A stretch of DNA of 24,000 bases, from contig JBCBNC010000003.1 in assembly GCA_039821985.1 (NCBI GenBank), positions 71,219-95,218 of the forward strand, read 5' to 3'. The translations under genes were made by a program, and so were the position numbers. Within the stretch, counting starts at the first letter, position 1. Every line of letters begins with the position of its first letter. Origin of the DNA: Planctomycetota bacterium. GTDB lineage: Bacteria; Planctomycetota; UBA1135; GCA-002686595. The notes under the pieces are model-generated. The model was not told the origin of the DNA. It saw nothing but the letters and a program-made list of their open reading frames with translations, and made no database searches. Positions 9,021 to 17,658 of this stretch are shown one piece after another.

Positions 9021-9845
9021 TCAGCGCCGCGGGAGGACGAGCGCGGGACCGAGCGGCGCCTCGTGCGGCGCGCCGGCGGCGTAGCGCATCGAGACCTCGT
9101 CCCGCGTCACCGCGATCTCGACGTGGCTGCGCGTCGAGGCGTCGTCGCGGCGCATCGAGGGCGTGAACGCGCTCGGCCCGGAGACCGGGTCCACGTAGCG
9201 GTGGTAGGCGCCGAGCTCGGCGGCGGTCGGGGCCTCGGGGTCCGCGACCACGTCCCGGTAGATGGCGCCGCGCTGCACGCGGACCTCGTCCTGCGCGAAG
9301 CTCGACGAGATGAACGGCACCTCGCGCGCCGCGTCGGTGGAAACGACCGCGGTGCGGCCGTTCCAGCGCAGGACGCGGCTCGCACCGGCGCCGTCGAGCG
9401 CCACGAGGACGAAGGGCCGGTAGCGCGCGAGGGCGCGCGGGCTGCTCGTGGGCCAGAGGCCGTCAACGCTTCCGAGGCGGCTGAGGGAGCGCACGAGCTG
9501 CCCTCGGCTGATCGGATCGACGGGGTCGGGCGCCGCCGCGTCGGCGTACCCGTTGAGGAGCGCCAGGGTCACGCCGTACTCGTTGACGGCGATCCAGGTT
9601 CCGTCCGCGTCGCTGTCGGTCGGCGCGAGGTACCGAACGCCCGCCTCGACCGACTCAGCCGGCGGGACCTCGGCCCCGCGCGTCAGCCGTTCGTCGCGGT
9701 TGAACCAGACGCGGTAGCCGACCTCGTGGTCTTCCCCGTCGCACGCGGAGATCGAGCGCCCGACCTCGGACGGAGCCGGAGCACCGCCCTCGCGCGCGCC
9801 CTCGGTTGCCTGGCCAGGCCCGTGGAGCAGGGTCAGCGTGCACAC
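9021..9845 (-). CDS. NRDE-family (TANGO2-like) protein
   Basis: Starts GTG-TGC (Met-Cys2, the N-terminal Cys typical of this family). WFNRDER motif, 274 aa (Pfam PF05742, ID from memory). The start overlaps the upstream gene by 13 nt. Confidence 0.8.
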   Translation of the reverse strand: MCTLTLLHGPGQATEGAREGGAPAPSEVGRSISACDGEDHEVGYRVWFNRDERLTRGAEVPPAESVEAGVRYLAPTDSDADGTWIAVNEYGVTLALLNGYADAAAPDPVDPISRGQLVRSLSRLGSVDGLWPTSSPRALARYRPFVLVALDGAGASRVLRWNGRTAVVSTDAAREVPFISSSFAQDEVRVQRGAIYRDVVADPEAPTAAELGAYHRYVDPVSGPSAFTPSMRRDDASTRSHVEIAVTRDEVSMRYAAGAPHEAPLGPALVLPRR

Positions 9846-10480
9846 ACGTCGCCCGACGCGGAGGAGGGCCCCGCCGCCGGTTCAGTGTTCATCGCCGCCG
9901 GTTCGGTCCCCGCCGATGCCGGCTGCTCGCTCGCTCGTCGCTGCTCGCGCCAGTGGCGGAGCGTCGACGGCGCAACGCCGAATGCGGACCCGGGGTCGCC
10001 GCCATGGGAGCGGACCGCGACCGCGATCAGCGCGTAGTGGTGCACCGTATGGCTGACGAGGGACTGGAGCTCGCGCGCGACCGTCGAGGGGATCCAGCCC
10101 GATCCATCGCTCCGGATGCGCAGGGGATCGTCGCCATGGGCGTGGGTCGGCACGGCGCCGAGGCGCGCCGCCATGCGCTCGAGGGCGCCTGCTGCGTGCT
10201 CGGGATCCGTTTCGAGCCGGGGGTCGCGGTCACGCGCGTCGTAGTCGACATCGGGGACCTCGGTCGCGTCGAGGGCACCGGCAGCCCGGGCCTCGAGCGC
10301 GGACATGAAGCGCTCGTAGAAATCGAGGACGTGGCGCAGGTGCGGGCCCACGCCTGAGAGGGCGAGCGTGGGAGCGTTGCGGCTGTACGCCGCCCCGTCG
10401 AGGGCGCTCAGGAGCGCCCGACCCTGGCGCAGAACGGCCAGGTTGTCTTCGATGAGCTGAGGGTCGATCGACGTCGTCAT
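9833..10480 (-). CDS. DinB-fold (DinB_2-like) metal-binding protein, function unknown
   Basis: 215-aa ORF from ATG 10480, in the frame of track ORF 9833..11440, whose upstream part is a shadow of the PlsC gene. His-rich motifs GPHLRHVLDFY and SHTVHHYALIA fit the DinB His triad. ATGA overlap with the upstream stop. Low-complexity C-terminal tail. Confidence 0.6.
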   Translation of the reverse strand: MTTSIDPQLIEDNLAVLRQGRALLSALDGAAYSRNAPTLALSGVGPHLRHVLDFYERFMSALEARAAGALDATEVPDVDYDARDRDPRLETDPEHAAGALERMAARLGAVPTHAHGDDPLRIRSDGSGWIPSTVARELQSLVSHTVHHYALIAVAVRSHGGDPGSAFGVAPSTLRHWREQRRASEQPASAGTEPAAMNTEPAAGPSSASGDVCAR

Positions 10481-11400
10481 GAGGACGTGGTCGCGGAGGG
10501 CCCGGTGGGGGTCCGGGAGGGGGTGAAGACGCTCCGCACGGACTCGTGTGCGGCGAGTGCGAGGTGCTTGCGTCGGCCCGTGCCGTCCGCGTCGAAGGAC
10601 GCCTCGGCGGCCGCGAAGGTTACGGTGGCGACGGTTCGCCGCTGTTTCAAGAACTGATAGAAATGGGGGCCGAAGGTGGCGTCTCCCCACCAGCAGACGC
10701 CCTGCCAGGCTGGCAGCGGCCCGCCGGGGGAGTCGTAGTGGATCGCCGCGCACTGCACAGGCAGCCCCAGTTCGACCGGGACCTGGAACAGTGACGGCTT
10801 GAAGGGCTCGACCGCGGCGCCGTCCGTGCTCGTGCCCTCCGGGAAGACGATCACTCCGGTCCCCCGCGCGAGGACCGCGCGGATCTCGCCGATGGCCCGG
10901 GTCAGGTCGCGCTTGCGGCTCCGGTCGATGAAGAGGGTTCCGGTGGTGCGCGCGAGCAGGCCCATGACGGGCCAGCCCGCGATCTCGGACTTCGCGAGGA
11001 ACCGCGCGTCCAGCCGCGCGAGCATCAGCGGGATGTCGACGTACGAGAGGTGATTGGCGACGAGGAAATAGCTGCCCGTCGGCCGTGGCCCCTCGAACCG
11101 CGCTCGGACGCCCATGATCCAGAGCATGGCCCAGGCCCAGGTGCCGATGAAGGCGCGCTGGAGAAGAGGGTCGAGCCGGGGCACCGCCCATGCGAGGGGG
11201 CGCGTAAGGACCCAGCCTGCGTACAGCGGAGGCGTCGTCGCGACGATCGCGAGGAGTCGGAGAGGAGCGCGGAGCGGCACGGGAGACGATGCGCGGAGCG
11301 CCGACAGGGTGACGAAGCGACCTCGGCGGGCGCAAGTGCGGACTGGGCTCCGAGCGTGTGGCGCGGGTGGCGGAAGGGGTCGGGCCGCGGTCCGCGCCAC
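10477..11400 (-). CDS. Lysophospholipid / 1-acyl-sn-glycerol-3-phosphate acyltransferase family protein (PlsC/OlsA-like O-acyltransferase)
   Basis: Acyltransferase motifs are present: NHLSYVD (HX4D), FLAKSE, FPEGTSTDG, and an N-terminal hydrophobic helix (LRLLAIVATTPPLYAGWVL). The GTG start at 11400 is uncertain because the N-terminal 30 aa are Arg/Pro-rich. Confidence 0.85.
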   Translation of the reverse strand: MARTAARPLPPPAPHARSPVRTCARRGRFVTLSALRASSPVPLRAPLRLLAIVATTPPLYAGWVLTRPLAWAVPRLDPLLQRAFIGTWAWAMLWIMGVRARFEGPRPTGSYFLVANHLSYVDIPLMLARLDARFLAKSEIAGWPVMGLLARTTGTLFIDRSRKRDLTRAIGEIRAVLARGTGVIVFPEGTSTDGAAVEPFKPSLFQVPVELGLPVQCAAIHYDSPGGPLPAWQGVCWWGDATFGPHFYQFLKQRRTVATVTFAAAEASFDADGTGRRKHLALAAHESVRSVFTPSRTPTGPSATTSS

Positions 11401-11506
11401 ATCGGCCGCGCCGGGCCGCGGCTCGGCCTGCCCCGTTCACCGCGCAACACGCTGGGGGACCAGGCCGCGCATGGGCGATCGGCCGCCCGCGCGTGGGCGC
11501 CCGCGG

Positions 11507-13963
11507 TCAGCGCTCTCCGCGCGCCGGTTGTGCTCCGACGGCTCGGCGCAGCTCCACGAAGCGCGCCTCGCCCGGGCCCGCGATCCCGGCTCCGGTCCAT
11601 TTCAGGTCCGTCCCGTCGAGTCCCACCTCCACGGTCGCGATCGCGCGCGGCGGGACGAGGGCACGGAGCGCGGGCGCGGCCCCGTGGCCGTCCTCCACGA
11701 TCGTCCCGGGCAGGGAAAGGCCCACGGACTCGACCCGAAACTCGACGTCCCCGCGCTGCGCCTCGGCCGCGTCGCGCGGCAGCGGCACCGTGATGCCGCC
11801 CACAGGGACCCGCGGCTGGTAGCGGTCGTTCGGCCCACTCGTGTGGACCCAACTCCCGAGGTCGGTGAGGCCGAGCTGCACCGGCCGGCCGGAGTTGGCG
11901 CCCACCGATCCGAGCGGCAGGGATGACTCGACGTCGCCCCAGGCGGTCGCGGGGGGCGCTCCCGGGAGGCGCCACGCCTCTTCCGCGGTCAGCAGGAACG
12001 CGTGCGTGGAAGGATGGGCGCCCGTCAACGAGAGCACCGCGCCTGCCGTTTTCGCTTCGACGACCAGCGGCAGGAAAACGAGTGCTTCCGTTGGCGTGAC
12101 GATCCGAACCCCGAGCTCCGTCGAGGCCTCGGCCATCGCGCGCGCGGCGGCGCTCGAGCTCAGCTCTTGATCGTGCTGCCGCGCCGCCCGAGAGGCCGGC
12201 CCCAGCGCCTCTTCCGTCGCGTCGCAGGGGACACGCCCCCGGAGGGTGACCGGCCTCTGGCCCCGCGGCGGATAGCGCAGGAGGTCGCTGCGGACGACCG
12301 CCTTCGCACCCAGGCCGGACATCGGCGCGTCCCAGGGATCGATCGGCTCCAGCTCGACCGTTTGCGGCTTCGGGACGACGGCGAACATCGCGACGATCCC
12401 CTCGTGCGGCCCCTTGCCCGCGAGAGCCACGCCCCATCCGTGCGCCGCGGGGTCGTCGGGGAGGACAGCGATGAAATGCTCTCCCCACGCGGTGCGGGAG
12501 CGGAGACGGCAGCTGCGCATGTCGCGAACGGGGTCGACCGTCAACGGCTGCCGGTCGAGCACGCGGACGCGGTCGTCCCGCCGGTCCACCGCGACGAGCC
12601 AGACCGATCCATCGTCCTGGTCCTTCGGGCCGTAGACCTCGAGCCAGTCCTCGGCGGGCTCGAGATGGACCTTGGGCCGCGCGACGTACGCGTCGCCCTC
12701 GCGGCGGAACGTGCGGGCGCGGACGACGGCCTCGGCGGGGAGCGCGCCCGGGTGATCGATGCGGACGACGATGCGGGAGGGGACCTCGCTCGGGGAGGCG
12801 TAGCTGCCGACCGGGACGCCGTCGAAGCGGGACCAGGTCACGCTCGACGCGTGCAGGTCCCCGAGCTCCGCTCGGTCGCGGCGAGCGCTGATGCGCACGG
12901 TCGCGAGCTCGTCGAGGTCCGGGACGAGGTAGGTGTCCACCACGGGCTCGACCCGGAAGGCGATGGACTCGCGCGGCGGTTCGGTGCCCTCTGCGCGGAC
13001 CGTTCTCTGCTCCTCGCGGCGTGTCCGCGAACGAGGGCGCGGTGTGTGTTCCGCGTTCTCCGCCTGTGGCGTCGCGACGGCGCGCCGGGCTCTTGGTGGC
13101 CGCTGGCCCGGAGAGGCTTCGATGCCTTCCAGTTGGACCGTTCGCACGACGACGGGCTCGAGCTCGGCGGGGGCGCGCTCGACCTCGAAGATCGGGGAGG
13201 CAGCGTCCGAGCGCGTGAGCCATGCCGCGCCGGCGAGCGCCATGACCGCCACGCCCGCCGTGAGCGCTCGGGCGCCCCCGGCTGCCGCCGCCTCGGCTCC
13301 GTGCGAGGCGGCCGTCCGCACGACCTCCTCTCGGACGGTCGCGAGAAGGTTCGCGCGCAGCGTCTCGTCCAGCATGCCGGGCCCCACGGCGAGGAGCGCC
13401 GACGCGCGGTACAGAGCCCCGGGCTCGCGGCCCCGCTCGAGCAGCTCGCGGAGGCGGGCGAGGCCCCGGTGGAGCTGGGAGCGCACGGTGCCCGGCGGTC
13501 GCCCGAACCGTTCGGCGATCTCGAGTGGCGCGCGCCCCTCACCGACGTGCGCGTGCACGACGGCCCGGTACGGCTCCTCGAGCGAGTCGATCGCGTCTCC
13601 GACCAGCCGCGCGACCTCGTCCGCGGCAGCAGCGCGCTCGGGGTCGGGTGCCGTCGAGGGGACCTCCACGAGCGCGTCGCCGCCCGGGCGCGTCCGGGCG
13701 TCCCGGCCCCGGCGCGCCCTGTGGACGAGGATGCCCACGAGCCACGGCCGGAGTTCACGCGTCCGGTCGAAGCGGGATCCGCTCTCGATGGCGGCCAGGA
13801 AGGTCTCCTGGAGCGCGTCCTCCGCCCTGGCCGGGTCGCGCGTCAGGTGCGTCGCGAGGGCCAAGAGCTCGGGCGCCAGCGCGTCGAACACGCGTCCGAG
13901 GGCGCGCGTATCGCCGCGGTCGACGAACTTCAGGAACTGGCGCTTCGGGTCTCTCGGGCTCAT
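11507..13963 (-). CDS. ECF-type sigma-70 factor fused to a transmembrane segment and a ~570-aa C-terminal extracytoplasmic domain
   Basis: Start at ATG 13963 (MSPRDPKRQFLKF...).
- **Sigma region 2:** AEDALQETFLAAIESGSRFD...LRPWLVGILVHRA.
- **Sigma region 4:** LEEPYRAVVHAHVGEGRAPLEIAERFGRPPGTVRSQLHRGLARLRELL.
- **Membrane segment:** a single hydrophobic helix (ALTAGVAVMALAGAAWL, aa ~232-249).
- **C-terminal domain:** 569 aa with no motif I recognise.

There is no in-frame stop between the modules. Confidence 0.8.
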   Translation of the reverse strand: MSPRDPKRQFLKFVDRGDTRALGRVFDALAPELLALATHLTRDPARAEDALQETFLAAIESGSRFDRTRELRPWLVGILVHRARRGRDARTRPGGDALVEVPSTAPDPERAAAADEVARLVGDAIDSLEEPYRAVVHAHVGEGRAPLEIAERFGRPPGTVRSQLHRGLARLRELLERGREPGALYRASALLAVGPGMLDETLRANLLATVREEVVRTAASHGAEAAAAGGARALTAGVAVMALAGAAWLTRSDAASPIFEVERAPAELEPVVVRTVQLEGIEASPGQRPPRARRAVATPQAENAEHTPRPRSRTRREEQRTVRAEGTEPPRESIAFRVEPVVDTYLVPDLDELATVRISARRDRAELGDLHASSVTWSRFDGVPVGSYASPSEVPSRIVVRIDHPGALPAEAVVRARTFRREGDAYVARPKVHLEPAEDWLEVYGPKDQDDGSVWLVAVDRRDDRVRVLDRQPLTVDPVRDMRSCRLRSRTAWGEHFIAVLPDDPAAHGWGVALAGKGPHEGIVAMFAVVPKPQTVELEPIDPWDAPMSGLGAKAVVRSDLLRYPPRGQRPVTLRGRVPCDATEEALGPASRAARQHDQELSSSAAARAMAEASTELGVRIVTPTEALVFLPLVVEAKTAGAVLSLTGAHPSTHAFLLTAEEAWRLPGAPPATAWGDVESSLPLGSVGANSGRPVQLGLTDLGSWVHTSGPNDRYQPRVPVGGITVPLPRDAAEAQRGDVEFRVESVGLSLPGTIVEDGHGAAPALRALVPPRAIATVEVGLDGTDLKWTGAGIAGPGEARFVELRRAVGAQPARGER

Positions 13964-14125
13964 GACCGACGTGCGGAGCACGGGCCGCGGCGTTGCGCGG
14001 GATCCGAGATTCTCCGCTGCGCCGGCCGATCCTGGGAGGGGCGGGTCCGCCGGTGACCCAGTGGGGGCCGGGGACGCCGGGTCGCGCCCGGCTGGGCTCC
14101 CGGCCGGCGGCACCCTCGATCCGGC

Positions 14126-14917
14126 TCAGCCCTGCCCGGTCACGGGCGGATCGCTCACCGGGGACCCAGCCGTGTCGGGGTTCGACCCGTCGTGCGTGGC
14201 CTCGTCGCAGTGGGGCACGTGTCCGTCCGGACCGACGGGTCGCGACGGGTCCTGCGCCCCCGGCGCGGCCGAGGCCTCCTCGGCACCGTCTTCGGTCGGT
14301 TCCTCGAAGAGCGGCTCGAACCCGTGTCGGGCAGCGACCTCGCGCACCGTGCTTCCCGACGTCAGCGGGGCGTCGGGGTCGGCGCCCGCGGCGACGAGCA
14401 GACGCGCCACTGCCTCGAAAGCTGCGCCCGGTCCATGGGTCGCGGCGCCGGCGACGACGCTCTCGAGCGGCGAGGTACGCGCCGGGTTCGCCGCGGGCGA
14501 GGCGGGGTCGGCGCCCATCTCGAGGAGCAGCGTCGTCGCTTCGAGGTGACCCCCGTACGCCGCGCGGTGCAGTGGGAGGAAGCCCGACGGGCCGACGTCC
14601 TCGAAGGCCGTCATGTCCTCGGTCAGGGCGTGACGGAGGGCGGCGGGTCGGCCGAGTGCCGCGGCCTCGTGCACGTCCATGCCGACCATCGAACCGCCGT
14701 CGCGCGCACGCAGCAGCGCGTCCGCGAGGCCGTCATGCCCGCGCTCGGAGGCCTCCAGCACGAGCGAGCCGCCGCGCTCCGATCCGGTGCGTGCGAGCGT
14801 CGCATCGACCTCGAGCAGCGCGGCGGCCGCGGCGAGGTCGCCGTCGCGCACGGCGCGGCGGAGGGAGGCCTCGCGCAGCGCGCGGTCCGGGCCCTTCGTG
14901 GCGGATTCGACTTCCAT
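14126..14917 (-). CDS. Ankyrin-repeat protein
   Basis: ANK-type repeats are present (GFLPLHRAAYGGHLEATTLLLEMGADP; SLVLEASERGHDGLADALL; VHEAAALGRPAALRHAL). I prefer the ATG at 14917. The alternative GTG 15001 would place a strong hairpin inside the coding sequence. Confidence 0.8.
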   Translation of the reverse strand: MEVESATKGPDRALREASLRRAVRDGDLAAAAALLEVDATLARTGSERGGSLVLEASERGHDGLADALLRARDGGSMVGMDVHEAAALGRPAALRHALTEDMTAFEDVGPSGFLPLHRAAYGGHLEATTLLLEMGADPASPAANPARTSPLESVVAGAATHGPGAAFEAVARLLVAAGADPDAPLTSGSTVREVAARHGFEPLFEEPTEDGAEEASAAPGAQDPSRPVGPDGHVPHCDEATHDGSNPDTAGSPVSDPPVTGQG

Positions 14918-14954
14918 TGCGGGGACGGTATCGGATCGGTGGAGGGCGAAGGTA

Positions 14955-14979
14955 GCGCCGCGGCGGGGATCGCCGCGGC
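14955..14979 (-). terminator. 10-bp-stem hairpin between pruA and the ankyrin gene
   Basis: Two copies of the self-complementary decamer CGCCGCGGCG are separated by gggat (about 14955-14964 and 14970-14979). The site is ~40 nt downstream of the pruA stop. There is no clear U-tract. Confidence 0.35.
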
Positions 14980-15020
14980 GTTCGACCGACCGGCCGTGCA
15001 CCGGGTGACCGAGCCCGGAC

Positions 15021-16652
<1,632 letters not shown>

Positions 16653-16682
16653 GGCGTGCGCGGGGGTCGGTGGGAGGAAAGA

Positions 16683-16701
16683 CGGCGCGGTTTCCGCGCC
16701 G
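16683..16701 (-). promoter_or_regulatory. Tight GC hairpin in the pruA leader / divergent intergenic region
   Basis: On the minus strand it reads CGGCGCGG-AAA-CCGCGCCG followed by TCTTTCCTCCCACC. It ends ~30 nt upstream of the pruA ATG. Confidence 0.3.
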
Positions 16702-16827
16702 ATCGAGGGCGAGGAGTCTCCCAAATGGCGTTTGCGGTGTCGATGCGCACCCCCATGATGATGCGCCCACCGACCGAGCCGGGCCCGCCCCGGACGCCCC
16801 CTCCAGCACCCCTCGCTCCCGCCTCCG

Positions 16828-17658
16828 ATGCGCTGCTCCGACCTCCTTTCGTCCGTCCGCCCCGCCGCGCTCGTCCCGGCGGTGCTCCTTGCAGCCGCCG
16901 CGTGCGTGTCGCCGGTGACCGTTCCGGTCGACCGCTCCGTTGCGATCGAAGCCGCTCCCTCCGGCGCGAGGGGATCGGCGCAGAAGGAGAGCTCGGAGGG
17001 ACCCTCGACGCCGGAGGAGTTCGAGGAGGCGATCGAGGAGGCGCAGCACGCGCGGGTGAAGGCGCACCGCGAGGCCGTCTACGCCGAGAAGGAGCTCGAG
17101 CTGCTCGAGCTCGAGCGCGCGGCGGCCGAGGCCGAGGCCGCTGCGGACGAGCTCAAGGCGCGCGAGGAGCTCGCGGCGGCCGAGGCGGCGCTCGCCGCGT
17201 TCCTCGAGATCGAGCGAGGCGTCGACCTGGACGACGCCCAGAACACCGTCGCCGACGCGGCGGATCGGGTCATCGTGGCCAAGACGGACCTGGCCGGGCT
17301 CCAGGACATCTTCGCGGAGGAGACCGAGGCGCGGTCGAAGGACGAGATCCTCCGCCGGGCGGAGCGCTCGCTCGCCCGGGCCGAGATGCGCCACTCGATC
17401 GCCGAGCGTCGGCTGGCTCTCGAGACCGAGGCCAAGCTCCCGCGCCGCGAGCGCGACCTCCGCAGCAAGGTCGCGGCCGCGAAGGCCGCGCTCGAGCTGC
17501 GCGGGATGAAGGAGGCGCGCGCCCGGGCTGGGCGCGAGCTCGAGCGCACCAAGGCGATCGACTCCGTCGACGAGAAGCGGCGGGCCGCGGCCCGCGCGAA
17601 GGCCAAGTTGGAAGAGCTCGAGGCGAAGGCCGCTCGGGTCGAGGGCCAGGGCCGGTGA
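16828..17658 (+). CDS. Coiled-coil lipoprotein, function unknown
   Basis: Signal peptide with lipobox (VLLAAAAC). The remainder is Ala/Glu/Arg/Leu-rich heptad-like sequence (ELELLELERAAAEAEAAADELKAREELAAAEAAL...). The stop overlaps the next gene's start (GTGA). Confidence 0.6.
   Translation: MRCSDLLSSVRPAALVPAVLLAAAACVSPVTVPVDRSVAIEAAPSGARGSAQKESSEGPSTPEEFEEAIEEAQHARVKAHREAVYAEKELELLELERAAAEAEAAADELKAREELAAAEAALAAFLEIERGVDLDDAQNTVADAADRVIVAKTDLAGLQDIFAEETEARSKDEILRRAERSLARAEMRHSIAERRLALETEAKLPRRERDLRSKVAAAKAALELRGMKEARARAGRELERTKAIDSVDEKRRAAARAKAKLEELEAKAARVEGQGR

Noticed and set aside
6304-9084. 926-aa plus-strand ORF opposite the hydrolase-DedA-ATP-grasp gene. Similar antisense ORFs occur at 234..1811, 2075..3574, 12002..14056, 12933..14549, 16222..18300, 20897..22933 and 11025..13223.
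   Set aside because: All are Arg/Pro/Gly/Asp/Glu-rich, low-complexity translations opposite or out of frame to genes with clear family signatures. Stop codons are simply rare at this GC content.
10481-11440. N-terminal 320 aa of the 535-aa ORF 9833..11440.
   Set aside because: This is an out-of-frame shadow of the PlsC-type gene with Arg/Pro-rich content. The DinB-like protein starts at the internal ATG 10480, which forms an ATGA overlap with the PlsC stop.
11401-11506. Search for an ECF-type promoter (GGAAC-N16-17-CGT) upstream of the lipid operon, and likewise in 13964-14125 upstream of the sigma gene.
   Set aside because: Only partial matches were found (GGTGAAC near 11438-11432 without a CGT -10; GAGAAT...CGCC upstream of the sigma gene). 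This is not enough to call a promoter.
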